From an uncultured Ulvibacter sp. (GTDB taxonomy: Bacteria > Bacteroidota > Bacteroidia > Flavobacteriales > Flavobacteriaceae), in contig CBDUGY010000002.1 of NCBI GenBank assembly GCA_965367015.1, positions 30,432 through 94,431 of the forward strand: a stretch of DNA of 64,000 bases. The letters are read 5' to 3'. A model generated the notes under the pieces. The model was not told where the DNA came from. It saw nothing but the letters and a program-made list of their open reading frames with translations, and made no database searches. This document shows, in pieces, positions 1 through 10,567 of this stretch (position 1 is the first letter of the stretch; every line of letters begins with the position of its first letter). Position numbers and translations under genes: made by a program.

Positions 1-482
1 ATTATTTTGCCGATAAAAATTCTCTCACATGGGAAACAGCTAAGCTAGGAGATATCACGTCCTACAAACTTAAAGGCAGGACATTTATATTACTAAAACC
101 AAGTACCTACATGAATCTAAGTGGTAAAGCAATCAAATATTGGCTGGAAAAAGAAAAAATTCCCTTAGAAAACCTTTTAGTAATTACCGATGACCTTAAT
201 TTGCCATTTGGAAGTATTAGAGTTAAGACAAAGGGTAGCGATGGCGGACATAACGGACTCAGAGACACTCAAAATGTGCTCCAGACAACAAAATACAATA
301 GATTTAGATTTGGTATAAGTGATGAATTTTCGAAAGGGCGTCAAGTAGATTACGTTTTGGGCGATTGGACCCCCGAAGAAGAAAAAGCACTTCCCGAACG
401 TCTTGAAATGGGTACAAACATAATTGAATCTTTCGGTCTCGCAGGAATCAATATTACTATGAACACTTATAACGGTAAATAA
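1..482 (+). CDS. pth: peptidyl-tRNA hydrolase, 5' end outside the window
   Basis: Frame 3 is open from the window edge to the TAA at 480-482. Contains ...FILLKPSTYMNLSGKA... and ...DGGHNGLRD..., typical of Pth. The track ORF 111-482 is only the part after an internal Met. Confidence 0.9.
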   Translation, partial: YFADKNSLTWETAKLGDITSYKLKGRTFILLKPSTYMNLSGKAIKYWLEKEKIPLENLLVITDDLNLPFGSIRVKTKGSDGGHNGLRDTQNVLQTTKYNRFRFGISDEFSKGRQVDYVLGDWTPEEEKALPERLEMGTNIIESFGLAGINITMNTYNGK

Positions 483-483
483 C

Positions 484-1416
484 GTGGATCAATATACATC
501 TGCTTCAACTTATAATAACGAACGCGCATCGGTTGTAACGATTGGCACCTTCGACGGGGTACATATTGGGCATAAAGCTATTTTGAATAGGCTCGTTAGT
601 ACGGCTAAACAGGAAAATCTGGATTCGGTGTTACTTACCTTTTTCCCCCATCCAAGAATGGTGCTTCAATCAGATTCCGATATCAAACTAATCAATACTC
701 TTTCAGAAAAAAAAGATCTGCTCGAACAAACCGGGCTCGATCATTTAGTTATTCATCCCTTTACTCATGCATTTTCAAGACTTACAGCCCTGGAGTATGT
801 ACGCGATATTTTGGTAAATAAACTACATGCCAAAAAAATAATTATAGGTTACGATCATCGATTTGGAAGAAATCGGACAGCCAATATCGAAGATTTGCGA
901 GAGTTCGGTAAAACATACGGTTTTGAAGTATTAGAGATTAGCGCACAGGAATTAGATGATGTTGCTGTAAGCTCCACCAAAATTAGAAATGCGCTTCGGG
1001 CGGGTGATATTGAAACCGCCAATAGCTATTTAGGATATTCATTTATGCTATCAGGTACTGTGGTTAAGGGAAAGGCTATCGGCAGAACAATGCAATATCC
1101 TACTGCGAATCTACAATTGGACGAATCGTATAAGTTGATTCCGAAGAATGGTGTGTATGTGGTAAAAAGTACAATTAATGACAAAGAAGTTTTCGGAATA
1201 ACCAGCATTGGAACAAACCCGACCGTTGGGGGCACACAAAAAACTATTGAAACTTTCTTTTTAGACTTCAATGATGATCTCTATGGAAAAACACTGAAAT
1301 TAGATTTCTTGTCTCATATTCGTGACGAAATAACCTTTCTGTCTATTGACGCGTTAAAAGATGCGATACGCGAAGATGAAACAATTGCGAGAGAATTTCT
1401 GAAGCAATATGAATAA
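484..1416 (+). CDS. ribF: bifunctional riboflavin kinase / FMN adenylyltransferase
   Basis: 310 aa with a GTG start 1 nt after the pth stop. N-terminal nucleotidyltransferase motif GTFDGVHIGH, then C-terminal riboflavin-kinase motifs (PTANL, GVYVV, NPTVG, ETFFLDF) in RibF order. Confidence 0.9.
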   Translation: MDQYTSASTYNNERASVVTIGTFDGVHIGHKAILNRLVSTAKQENLDSVLLTFFPHPRMVLQSDSDIKLINTLSEKKDLLEQTGLDHLVIHPFTHAFSRLTALEYVRDILVNKLHAKKIIIGYDHRFGRNRTANIEDLREFGKTYGFEVLEISAQELDDVAVSSTKIRNALRAGDIETANSYLGYSFMLSGTVVKGKAIGRTMQYPTANLQLDESYKLIPKNGVYVVKSTINDKEVFGITSIGTNPTVGGTQKTIETFFLDFNDDLYGKTLKLDFLSHIRDEITFLSIDALKDAIREDETIAREFLKQYE

Positions 1417-2767
1417 ATTTTTGTTCAAACATATTGACAATACCGGACTTGTCTTGTTCAGAGCATTTTTTGGCTTACTTATAACAATTGAAGCATTTGG
1501 TGCAATAGCCACTGGCTGGTTGCGAAAAACCTTCGTAGAACCCGAATTCACATTTAACTTTATCGGATTTGAGTTTTTACAAATTCTCCTTGGAGAAAAA
1601 ATGTATGTATACTTTGTTATCATGGGCATATTTGGTATCATGGTGATGTTGGGTTACAAATATAGGTTGAGCATGATCGCGTATGCTATCATGTGGTCTG
1701 CCGTATACCTGCTGCAAAAAACATCTTATAACAATCACTATTATTTAATGATGCTCCTTTGTTGGATGATGGTATTTCTTCCTGCCAATAGGTGGTTCTC
1801 TTTAGATGCTAAACTTAACCCACAAATTAAATCTCCATCTATGCCGCGCTGGTGTCTTTTGGTGCTAATTTTACAGGTTTGGATAGTGTATACCTATGCC
1901 TCTGTCGCAAAATGGTATCCCGGCTGGTTAGACGCTTCAGTTGCAGAACTTTTTATGAAAGGCAAGAAAAGCTATTGGCTTATTGGCGACCTTTTACAAT
2001 TAGACTGGGTACATTGGTGTATTGCCTATGTAGGGATCTTATTCGATCTGATGATCGTTCCTTTAATGCTTTGGAAACGAACACGCCTTTTAGGCTTCTT
2101 TGTTTCAGTGTTTTTCCATCTATTTAATTCCATTGTTTTTCAAATAGGGATTTTCCCCTATATGTCAATTTCATTTGCCCTGTTTTTCTTCTCTTCCGAA
2201 ACACTACAGAAGCGTTTTTTGCCGAAAAAAAAGCTATATTCTGCTGGAGAGGTTATAATTCCGAAGTACAATAAACTACTTATTACGGTTTTCTCTATCT
2301 ACTTTATTTTTCAAATAGCTTTGCCCCTTAGACATTGGTTTTTCGAAGATGATGTATTATGGACTGAAGAAGGACATCGTCTAAGTTGGCGTATGATGTT
2401 ACGTTCTAAAGGCGGCAACCTTACTGTATGGGTTGAAGACAAGAAAACCGGAGAAAGAAGTCAGTACGACTATAACAAATTATTGACTAAAAAACAACAG
2501 CGATCTGTAAAAACAAAACCCGATATCCTTTGGCAATTAGCCAGGCGTATTAAAAATGTGGAGGCGCAAAAAGGTAATGATGTTGCTGTTTATATGAACG
2601 TTCGTGTGAAAGTTAATGGAGGTGAATATCATCCACTAATCGATCCTGAAGTTGATCTTGGTTCAGAAGATTGGAGCCATTTTAAACATCACAATTGGAT
2701 CTTACCATCTCCAAAAAACTACCATATCAGAGAATCCCCAGCTCAACCAAACGTCACAGAGGATTAA
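1409..2767 (+). CDS. HTTM domain (vitamin K-dependent gamma-carboxylase-like) integral membrane protein
   Basis: 452 aa, multi-pass and Trp/Phe-rich. The N-terminus (HIDNTGLVLFRAFFGLLITIEAF) resembles the HTTM domain. The start overlaps the ribF stop by 8 nt. Confidence 0.7.
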   Translation: MNKFLFKHIDNTGLVLFRAFFGLLITIEAFGAIATGWLRKTFVEPEFTFNFIGFEFLQILLGEKMYVYFVIMGIFGIMVMLGYKYRLSMIAYAIMWSAVYLLQKTSYNNHYYLMMLLCWMMVFLPANRWFSLDAKLNPQIKSPSMPRWCLLVLILQVWIVYTYASVAKWYPGWLDASVAELFMKGKKSYWLIGDLLQLDWVHWCIAYVGILFDLMIVPLMLWKRTRLLGFFVSVFFHLFNSIVFQIGIFPYMSISFALFFFSSETLQKRFLPKKKLYSAGEVIIPKYNKLLITVFSIYFIFQIALPLRHWFFEDDVLWTEEGHRLSWRMMLRSKGGNLTVWVEDKKTGERSQYDYNKLLTKKQQRSVKTKPDILWQLARRIKNVEAQKGNDVAVYMNVRVKVNGGEYHPLIDPEVDLGSEDWSHFKHHNWILPSPKNYHIRESPAQPNVTED

Positions 2768-2824
2768 AATATCTATACTTTATAAAAACAATACACTATA
2801 AGGCGTGTTAATTTTCATTTTCGT

Positions 2825-2832
2825 TAACTTTG
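2825..2832 (+). promoter_or_regulatory. candidate Bacteroidota -7 promoter box (TAACTTTG = TAnnTTTG) for serS
   Basis: Exact match to the TAnnTTTG consensus, 20 nt upstream of the ATG at 2853 and inside the track's N-terminal extension of serS. Confidence 0.35.
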
Positions 2833-2852
2833 CGGCTTCAAATTCTGAAGAA

Positions 2853-4124
2853 ATGTTACAAGTTACCGATATTAGAGAGAATAGAGACCAGATGGTGACT
2901 GCCCTTGCCAAGAGAGGTATTGATGCTGTCCAAATTCTAGATGAAGTGCTCGAAGCCGATGAAACCAGAAGGGCTACGCAAGCTAAATTGGATGAAACCC
3001 TGGCACAGTCTAATTCGTTTTCAAAAGAGATCGGTATACTCTACAAAAATGGGGAGACGCAAAAAGCGAATTTACTGAAAGAGAAGACGGGTAAGTTAAA
3101 GGAGATTTCAAAAGAATTGAGTGAGCAATTGAATGCAGCTTCAGAAAAGCTTCAAGGGCTTTTGTACACTATTCCTAATATCCCGAATGAGCTTGTTCCG
3201 GCAGGAACCGATGAAAATGATAATGAAGAAACTTTCCGTGAAGGCAATATTCCTGTTTTGGCTGATGGAGCCCTACCCCATTGGGAATTGGCTAAAAAAT
3301 ACGATATTATCGATTTTGAATTAGGGGTCAAGATCACAGGTGCGGGATTTCCGGTATACAAAGGAAAAGGTGCCAGATTGCAACGTGCTCTTATTGCGTA
3401 CTTTCTGGATAAAAATACCGCAGCAGGCTATACCGAATATCAAGTTCCTCATTTAGTAAATGAGGCTTCAGGTTTTGGAACCGGACAGCTGCCCGATAAG
3501 GAAGGACAGATGTATCATGTAACTGCAGACGACCTGTATTTGATCCCAACTGCCGAAGTTCCGGTTACTAATATGTTTCGAGGAGATTTGTTAAATGTTG
3601 GAGATCTACCCGTTACTTGTACGGGCTACACCCCATGTTTTAGAAGAGAAGCAGGAAGTTATGGAGCACATGTTCGCGGCTTAAACCGACTGCATCAATT
3701 CGATAAGGTTGAAATTGTGAGAATCGAACATCCCGACAATAGCTACAAGGCTCTGGACGGAATGGTAGATCATGTGAAGCAAATTTTAAGAGAGCTGAAA
3801 CTTCCCTATAGAATTCTTCGATTGTGTGGAGGTGATTTAGGATTTACATCTGCGCTTACCTACGATTTTGAAGTTTTCTCGACAGCGCAGGACCGTTGGT
3901 TGGAAATTTCTTCGGTATCTAATTTTGAAACTTTTCAGGCAAATAGATTGAAATTACGTTTTAAGGATATAGATGGTAAGAATAAGCTGGTACACACTCT
4001 TAACGGTAGCGCTCTTGCGTTGCCAAGAGTATTGGCTGGTATCTTAGAGAATTACCAAACTCCAGAAGGGATAAGGGTTCCTGAGGTACTGGTGCCATAT
4101 TGTGGTTTCGATATCATCAACTAA
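2853..4124 (+). CDS. serS: seryl-tRNA synthetase
   Basis: 423 aa from the ATG at 2853 (MLQVTDIRENRD...). Has an N-terminal coiled-coil arm and class II motifs FRREAGS and GSALALPR. The track start at 2805 adds 16 hydrophobic residues and overlaps the candidate promoter box, so the internal ATG is preferred. Confidence 0.93.
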   Translation: MLQVTDIRENRDQMVTALAKRGIDAVQILDEVLEADETRRATQAKLDETLAQSNSFSKEIGILYKNGETQKANLLKEKTGKLKEISKELSEQLNAASEKLQGLLYTIPNIPNELVPAGTDENDNEETFREGNIPVLADGALPHWELAKKYDIIDFELGVKITGAGFPVYKGKGARLQRALIAYFLDKNTAAGYTEYQVPHLVNEASGFGTGQLPDKEGQMYHVTADDLYLIPTAEVPVTNMFRGDLLNVGDLPVTCTGYTPCFRREAGSYGAHVRGLNRLHQFDKVEIVRIEHPDNSYKALDGMVDHVKQILRELKLPYRILRLCGGDLGFTSALTYDFEVFSTAQDRWLEISSVSNFETFQANRLKLRFKDIDGKNKLVHTLNGSALALPRVLAGILENYQTPEGIRVPEVLVPYCGFDIIN

Positions 4125-4196
4125 TTTTCGGATTATTGCAGACTAGGCTTCATTTTTGATATACGTTGTCAAGAATCATTTCGTTATCTTTAACGC

Positions 4197-5978
4197 ATGC
4201 GATATATTTTGATTTTAGCATTATTTCTTTTGGGAGCTCCGGCTATGGCTCAAAGTGAACTATTGGCCAAAAACTACTTCGATCAAGGTGAATATGAAAA
4301 GTCACTGGTTATCTACGAAAAATTATATAAAAAAACTCCCACTCGTTTAGATTTTCTTTTGTCGATCGTTGAAGCGCACCAACAATTAGAGAATTTTACC
4401 GCTGCAGAAGAACTTTTAAAGGAGAAAATAACCGGCCCTCGTACCAACCCACAGTTGTTAATAGAGTTGGGATACAATTATTCCTTACAAGAAAATACAA
4501 TAGAGGCTAATAAGAATTACAATCTGGCCATCGAAATGGCACTTGTGAACCCAAATTATGCCTACAGCGTTGGTAAATCTTTTGAAAAATACAGTCTGCT
4601 GGATGAAGCTACAACCTTGTACGAACAAATGATGGTGTTAGATCCAGGCAGAGATTTTAATATGCAGTTGGCACGGATCTATGGAGAACAAGGCAAGTTG
4701 GAAAAAATGTTTAATAAGTACATCGATCTTGTCGAAAAAAATCCCTCGGGAAAAAGTATCGCCCAGCGTAATTTTAGCATGTATGTAACTGAAGACCCTA
4801 CCAACGAGGCCAACTCCATACTACGAAAGGCATTACTGCTCAAGCTGCAAAAAGAACCCAATGTTTTATATAATGAATTACTGAGTTGGTTATTTATTCA
4901 GCAAAAAGAATTCAAGAAAGCATTTACCCAGGAAAAAGCGATTTATAAAAGAACAGAAGAAGATCTGCGGGGCGTTGCAGAATTAGCAATTATCACGATT
5001 GCGGAAGAAGATTATGAAAATGCCACCGATATAGTAAAATTTTTAATTGAAAAGTCTTCAACTCCGGAAGCCAAATTACAGGGACATCAATACTTGATGA
5101 AAATCGCTCTGAAGACTGCAACTCCAAAGGATTATTCGGCTATCGAAAAGCAATTTGAAGAACTACTAGATACCTATGGTAGAGTGCGGCAAACGTATTT
5201 GCTTCAAATTGACTATAATCATTTTTTGGCTTTTCAGGCCGATAAGAAAGAACAAGCCATTCAGAATTTAAAAGCCTTGAGTAAAGAACAAATGACCTCC
5301 TATCAGGAGGCCAGAGTTAAGATGGAGCTTGCCGATATTTTAGTTTTTGATGAAAAATTTAATGAGGCGCTCATCTATTATTCTCAGATTCAGAAGAAAG
5401 TTGAGAGTGATGTACTTGCGCAAGAGGCACGATTCAAGGTAGCACAAACGAGTTATTTTAAGGGTGACTTCGAATGGGCACAAGTACAACTGGATGTCCT
5501 TCGGAAATCGGCTTCCCAACTCATTGCGAATGATGCGATGCAACTTAGCTTGATGATTCGCGATAATTCGCTGGAAGATTCAACTCAAACCGCATTAAAA
5601 AAGTACGCCCGCGCCGATCTACTAGCTTTTCAGAATAAAAATTTAGAAGCTATTACAGCGTTGGATAATATTTTGCTGAATCATAAAGGAGAAAAAATAG
5701 AAGATGAGGCCTTGTTAAAACAGGGTAAGCTTTATGAAAAGACCCAGCAATATTTAAAAGCAGAAGCCAACTATTTAAAACTAATTGAGCTTTATAAGGA
5801 GGATATATTGGCAGATGATGCCTTTTATCGAATCGCAAAATTATATGAAGATAAATTAGAGCTTCCCGAAAAAGCTAAAGAGTATTACGAACAGATTATA
5901 TTTAATTTCGCTGACAGTATCTATTTTGTCGAAGCGCGAAAAAAATACCGTTCGTTACGCGGAGATGCTATAAATTAG
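4197..5978 (+). CDS. tetratricopeptide-repeat protein with signal peptide
   Basis: 593 aa. N-terminal signal (MRYILILALFLLGAPAMAQ) followed by repeated TPR-like helical pairs throughout (e.g. YFDQGEYEKSLVIYEKL, AKLYEDKLELPEKAKEYYEQII). Confidence 0.7.
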   Translation: MRYILILALFLLGAPAMAQSELLAKNYFDQGEYEKSLVIYEKLYKKTPTRLDFLLSIVEAHQQLENFTAAEELLKEKITGPRTNPQLLIELGYNYSLQENTIEANKNYNLAIEMALVNPNYAYSVGKSFEKYSLLDEATTLYEQMMVLDPGRDFNMQLARIYGEQGKLEKMFNKYIDLVEKNPSGKSIAQRNFSMYVTEDPTNEANSILRKALLLKLQKEPNVLYNELLSWLFIQQKEFKKAFTQEKAIYKRTEEDLRGVAELAIITIAEEDYENATDIVKFLIEKSSTPEAKLQGHQYLMKIALKTATPKDYSAIEKQFEELLDTYGRVRQTYLLQIDYNHFLAFQADKKEQAIQNLKALSKEQMTSYQEARVKMELADILVFDEKFNEALIYYSQIQKKVESDVLAQEARFKVAQTSYFKGDFEWAQVQLDVLRKSASQLIANDAMQLSLMIRDNSLEDSTQTALKKYARADLLAFQNKNLEAITALDNILLNHKGEKIEDEALLKQGKLYEKTQQYLKAEANYLKLIELYKEDILADDAFYRIAKLYEDKLELPEKAKEYYEQIIFNFADSIYFVEARKKYRSLRGDAIN

Positions 5979-6056
5979 ACAGAATCAATTTCGTTGAGAT
6001 TCATTATTTCAACATTAATAAAATCCTACTTATCTTTAGGTCGCTAATTCTTTTAA

Positions 6057-6713
6057 ATGAAGCAACCCAAAAAAATAGACTGGCTCAACCATTTTCTTGA
6101 ATTCATCGTGGTTATTATAGGTATTCTTATCGCATTTCAACTGAATACTTGTGCTGTCGAAAAAAAACAAAGCAAATTAATTGAATCACACTTCACGAAC
6201 ATCCTAGAAGAAACCGAATTTAACAGGCGCAACATTACCTCTTCAATTTCGGCCACCAACCGTCTTATAGGCCAGATAGACTCGATTTCAACGCTAATTA
6301 AGGAAGGACAAAACCTCCAACAGATAAATGGTCTTGCTTTTCAAATTTTAAGTATAAATATTACTTATTTTAAAACTAATGCCTATAGTTCGTTGATAGA
6401 AACCGGTGACATTCGTTTTATAAATGATTTTAACACTAAAAATGATATCATACAATTGTATGAATATTATAATTGGGCTAAAGGAGTAGAAGAAGTTAGT
6501 CTGGATTCTTATTCAAAATATTACTATCCTTATGTGCTGGAAAATCTTGACCTCTTAGAAGGGAAACCACAGCAGCTAGAGGTTTATTCGAATAAGGAAT
6601 TTCTGAATATCGTATCATCCTATCGATATATGATGGCATCTAACTTAACCCGTCAAGAAGAGACACTAACACAGATAGAAAAATTTCTAGAAAATTACAA
6701 TTCAAAATATTAA
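6057..6713 (+). CDS. hypothetical N-terminally membrane-anchored protein
   Basis: 218 aa with a single N-terminal TM helix (FLEFIVVIIGILIAFQL) then a helical soluble part. This organisation recalls small flavobacterial anchor proteins (DUF6090-like), but I cannot confirm the family. Confidence 0.5.
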   Translation: MKQPKKIDWLNHFLEFIVVIIGILIAFQLNTCAVEKKQSKLIESHFTNILEETEFNRRNITSSISATNRLIGQIDSISTLIKEGQNLQQINGLAFQILSINITYFKTNAYSSLIETGDIRFINDFNTKNDIIQLYEYYNWAKGVEEVSLDSYSKYYYPYVLENLDLLEGKPQQLEVYSNKEFLNIVSSYRYMMASNLTRQEETLTQIEKFLENYNSKY

Positions 6714-6714
6714 T

Positions 6715-7023
6715 ATGTATATCTATAATGTTACAATAAATATTGAAACTGATATTCACGAAAGATGGCTTCATTGGATGAAAACAGAGCATATTCCAGC
6801 AATGCTGGCTACGGGAAAGTTCTCTAACGCCTTAATGACCAAAGTGCAAATAGAAGAAGATATGGGTGGTATCACATATTCGGTACAATACCGAACAGAT
6901 AGTAAAGAGACTTTACAAAAATACTATACTGAGGACGCCGAAAATTTAAGAGCACAGAGTAAACCTTTCGAAGGAAAATTCGTCGCTTTTAGAACTGAAT
7001 TGGAAATTGTAAGCGAACATTAA
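6715..7023 (+). CDS. DUF4286-like small protein
   Basis: 102 aa, starting 1 nt after the previous stop. MYIYNVTINIE..IHERWLHWMK.EHIP matches my recollection of DUF4286. Confidence 0.6.
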   Translation: MYIYNVTINIETDIHERWLHWMKTEHIPAMLATGKFSNALMTKVQIEEDMGGITYSVQYRTDSKETLQKYYTEDAENLRAQSKPFEGKFVAFRTELEIVSEH

Positions 7024-7033
7024 ATAATCCTAA

Positions 7034-7543
7034 TTACTTATAAACCATCATTGTAAAATGATTAATATTACTGCTGTTCTTTAAAATTCCAAACCCGGCA
7101 TGAGTGTAATTGCCTTCTATAACTTGTTTATGTGAAGAACTATTCAACCAGGCAGCAACAACTTCATCGGCTGTATCATAACCTTTGGCTATATTCTCAC
7201 CAATTATGGTTGCCCCTCTACTCCTTAAAGCGGCGGCACGTGCTTCAAAATTATTGTGGTTTAAAGAGTTTGTAGCGATCATATATTTTGTGTGTTCTAC
7301 AGCATAAGCAGAGGCATACTGCGTATCACTCACTATTTCAGTAAGACCCATTGAAGCGCGATGTTGATTTATCAATAGCAACATTCTATTGGCTATCCGC
7401 CAATCGGTTTGGAGTGAAAGAGTAAGGTCTATTTGATACTGATTGCCATTGGAGATTGGAGTCTCAACACTTTCTTCTGAACAGGAAACGAAAAAAAGTA
7501 CCAACGCTAAAAAGCATGCGCTGCTATTTACGAGATTTTTCAT
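7034..7543 (-). CDS. CAP/SCP (YkwD-like) domain lipoprotein
   Basis: 169 aa with a lipoprotein-type signal (LALVLFFVSC). CAP-domain motifs are NHNNF...GENIAKGY and WLNSSSHKQVIEGNYTHAGFG. Confidence 0.75.
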   Translation of the reverse strand: MKNLVNSSACFLALVLFFVSCSEESVETPISNGNQYQIDLTLSLQTDWRIANRMLLLINQHRASMGLTEIVSDTQYASAYAVEHTKYMIATNSLNHNNFEARAAALRSRGATIIGENIAKGYDTADEVVAAWLNSSSHKQVIEGNYTHAGFGILKNSSNINHFTMMVYK

Positions 7544-7813
7544 AGGGGGATATGAATTAAGTTATGTTTGTTCCTTTTTGAACGGGGTAGATCTCAACAG
7601 ATTGTGTGAGTGAAAAGAGATAGAAAAATTTGTTAGTCTCTTCTATAGAATGTAGTCGTCTTAAGATTCACGAATTGAGATAGTTATAATATTTATGGTT
7701 GCAGTAAATAATATTAATTTTTAACATTTTACCTTCGTAGATTTTCAAAAATAATTGTAGGGTTTTTCGCCAATTATGGTATAATAATCGATAAAACGAA
7801 TTTTTTTCAGTTG

Positions 7814-7847
7814 AAAAACAAAAAACCCACTGTTTGAAACAGTGGGT
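7814..7847 (-). terminator. rho-independent terminator of the OmpA-family gene
   Basis: Hairpin CCCACTGTT(7826-7834)/AACAGTGGG(7838-7846). On the minus strand it is followed by TTTTTTGTTTTT, 36 nt downstream of the stop at 7882. Confidence 0.6.
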
Positions 7848-7881
7848 CAAAATGTGCAGCTTTCGCTGCGGTGGTTAATTA

Positions 7882-9492
7882 TTATTGATTAATAATAAAC
7901 TCGAGACGACGATTCATCTCATGTTCTGCTTCTGTACATGGATCGCATATTATGAGAGGTCGTGATTCTCCATATCCTTTAGAGCGAAGTCTATTTTCGA
8001 TTATTCCCTTTGAAAGAAGATATTTCAAAGCCGATGAAGCTCGCCGTTTAGATAATTCCAAATTGTAATCGGCACTACCCCGGGTATCGGTATGAGCTTC
8101 CAATATAACTGTGAGGCTCACATTATTGGCAAGTGCATCTATGACTGCATTGAGAGTTTTAGTAGCATCAGGTTTTAACGAGACACTATTAAAATCAAAA
8201 TTAATATTATTGATTCGTATTGGTTTAAAAATTTCAGTAGATGGTTTGTTTACAACTTTAATCTTTAAGGAGACATTGGCGTCTTCCACACTATTAACAT
8301 TATCGGTATTAAATATCGTTGATCCAGAAAAGTACCCTTCCTTATCTGCGACAACCGTATAGTATTCAAAGGAGGAAATAGGAAATGTATAAACCCCATT
8401 AAGATCGGTTCTCGCTACACCCACTTCGGTACCGTCGGTATCTATAAGTCTTACGCGAACATCAGACAGTAATGCTCCACTTTCATAATCGACAGCGTGA
8501 CCGGTTACCTTCTGTGATTTTACGTATTCTGTAATTTTATATATGTCGTAACGTCCGTTACCGCCATCTCTGTTTGAAGTAATATATCCAATCTTATCGG
8601 TCGCTGGTATAAACGCAATTTCGTCCTTTTCGGTATTGATTGTATTTCCCAAATTAACTATTGTGACATAGCCATTTTTGGTTCGTCGTGTTTTAAATAC
8701 ATCGAAACCTCCTTCATTTTCATGTCCTTTGGAAGAAAAGAACATAAATTTCCCGTCGACTGATGTATGAGGAAATTTTTCGTCCTCTTTCGTATTTATC
8801 GAACCTTTGATAGGAACAATATCTCCGAATTTGCCTTTTTCTAAAATTTCCACTTGATAAATATCGAATCCTCCAACTCCACCCGGCATATTTGAAGCAA
8901 AATACATTGTTTTACCATCCGGACTAATATGAGGATTCTCTATAGAATAATTTACATTGTTAAAGGTAACTGGAGCAATATTTTTCCACCTGCCCATTTT
9001 CTCGGAATCCATTTCAGCTTTGTAGAGTTGAAATCTCTTTGTATTTCCGTCTTTATTTTTAGTAAAATATAAAGTGTTACCATCTTTGGAGAAAGTAAGA
9101 CTCCCTAAATTTTCGTTTTTATTAAGGATATATGAAAACAATAATGGTCTGTCGAGATCCCAATCATTAATAATATCTGAACAAAATAATTTTGTAAACG
9201 GTTCATCTGTATTTGGATCTTTTCTGGCCAGTGCCCCAATCTTTCGTGCCGAATAAGAAATGAACTTATTTTTAAAAAATCCAATTCCGTAATCAGAATA
9301 TTTAGTGTTGATACCTGTAGTAACAGATTCGAACTTAAAGCCATTGTCCCCCAGTTTCTTTTCATAAACATCCGCGATAATTTGTTTCTCCTCCTCAAAA
9401 GAAAAATTATCTCCATAATTTGAAACCATGGGCTGTGCAAAAAGAAATGTAAGGGGGGCAATTGCTACGATTAAACTGTAATAAATTTTCAT
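7882..9492 (-). CDS. OmpA-family protein with TolB-like (PD40) repeats and a carboxypeptidase-regulatory-like domain
   Basis: 536 aa with a signal peptide. Repeated S.DG.T.YF(T/A)SN PD40-type motifs, a CarbopepD_reg-like stretch (VRVRLIDTDGTEVGVARTDLNGVYTF) and a C-terminal OmpA peptidoglycan-binding domain (LEAHTDTRGSADYNLELSKRRA). Confidence 0.85.
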   Translation of the reverse strand: MKIYYSLIVAIAPLTFLFAQPMVSNYGDNFSFEEEKQIIADVYEKKLGDNGFKFESVTTGINTKYSDYGIGFFKNKFISYSARKIGALARKDPNTDEPFTKLFCSDIINDWDLDRPLLFSYILNKNENLGSLTFSKDGNTLYFTKNKDGNTKRFQLYKAEMDSEKMGRWKNIAPVTFNNVNYSIENPHISPDGKTMYFASNMPGGVGGFDIYQVEILEKGKFGDIVPIKGSINTKEDEKFPHTSVDGKFMFFSSKGHENEGGFDVFKTRRTKNGYVTIVNLGNTINTEKDEIAFIPATDKIGYITSNRDGGNGRYDIYKITEYVKSQKVTGHAVDYESGALLSDVRVRLIDTDGTEVGVARTDLNGVYTFPISSFEYYTVVADKEGYFSGSTIFNTDNVNSVEDANVSLKIKVVNKPSTEIFKPIRINNINFDFNSVSLKPDATKTLNAVIDALANNVSLTVILEAHTDTRGSADYNLELSKRRASSALKYLLSKGIIENRLRSKGYGESRPLIICDPCTEAEHEMNRRLEFIINQ

Positions 9493-9772
9493 CTTCTAGT
9501 GCTTTGATTCTACTAGGAAGATTTGGGTCGATAATTACATAAGGTTAGATCGAATATAAAATCAATATTTTATTAAACAGTATTTTCTTACATATATTTG
9601 TTAAAATGGTAGGTTTTATCGCTCAAATGATTAACTAAAAACAAAAAGTAGCAGAATTTTGCAATTGAAACACAACAGATTATCGTATAAAAGATGTACC
9701 TATTGTTCGTAAAGTTGGTATATTTAAAGCCTTCAGTTGATCACCATAAAATTGCATTAATCACTATTTTAA

Positions 9773-10567
9773 ATGAGCAAATCCGTTCGCGCCAAAAAAC
9801 ATTTAGGACAACATTTTCTAAGAGATGAATCTATTGCCGAAAAAATTGCCAATACTCTTCAACTGCAAGGGTATAGAAATGTTTTGGAAATAGGTCCGGG
9901 CATGGGGGTGTTAACAAAATACCTATTATTAAAAGATATCGATTTGGTTGCAATGGATCTGGATACTGAATCCATCTCTTTTTTAGAAGCTAACTATCCA
10001 AACGAAAACCTTCAGTTGCTAGAAGCCGATTTTTTAAGATATGAATTGAAAGATATCTTTGGAGATGAACCATTCGGTATTACAGGCAACTTTCCCTATA
10101 ATATTTCAACGCAGATAGTATTTAAGACTCTTGAAAATAAAGCACAAATTCCGGAATTTACGGGGATGTTTCAAAAGGAAGTTGCGCAACGAATTTGCGC
10201 AAAAGAAGGCAGTAAGGTTTATGGTATTCTATCGGTTTTAACCCAAGCCTTTTATGATGCCGACTACCTTTTTACAGTGCCTCCATCTGTTTTCGATCCT
10301 CCACCCAAAGTTGATAGCGGTGTGCTCCGCCTTACCAGAAAAACAGATTATAAAATCCCTTGCGATGAAAAAATGCTTTACCGAGTTGTAAAGACTGCTT
10401 TTCAGCAACGCCGAAAAACACTGCGAAACAGTCTAAAATCATTTAATCTTTCAGATAAAATAAAAGAAGATGCTATCTTTGGGCAACGTCCCGAACAACT
10501 CTCAGTGACCGAATTTATAGCACTGACACTTAAATTAGAGGAAGATGCAATTTCAACTCACGACTGA
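9773..10567 (+). CDS. rsmA: 16S rRNA (adenine1518/1519-N6)-dimethyltransferase
   Basis: 264 aa. Contains KKHLGQHFL, the SAM site EIGPGMG and GNFPYNIST, all typical of KsgA/RsmA. Confidence 0.9.
   Translation: MSKSVRAKKHLGQHFLRDESIAEKIANTLQLQGYRNVLEIGPGMGVLTKYLLLKDIDLVAMDLDTESISFLEANYPNENLQLLEADFLRYELKDIFGDEPFGITGNFPYNISTQIVFKTLENKAQIPEFTGMFQKEVAQRICAKEGSKVYGILSVLTQAFYDADYLFTVPPSVFDPPPKVDSGVLRLTRKTDYKIPCDEKMLYRVVKTAFQQRRKTLRNSLKSFNLSDKIKEDAIFGQRPEQLSVTEFIALTLKLEEDAISTHD

Noticed and set aside
2805-2852. Track start of serS at 2805 (MLIFIFVNFAASNSEE...).
   Set aside because: SerS is cytoplasmic and normally about 423 aa. The extension is hydrophobic and contains the exact TAnnTTTG box at 2825-2832. 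The ATG at 2853 is preferred.
7668-7850. 60-aa minus-strand ORF in the 338-nt spacer between the CAP-domain gene and the OmpA-family gene.
   Set aside because: It overlaps the OmpA-gene terminator hairpin. It is Tyr/Asn/Lys-rich as expected from AT-rich non-coding DNA, and it has no plausible start context.
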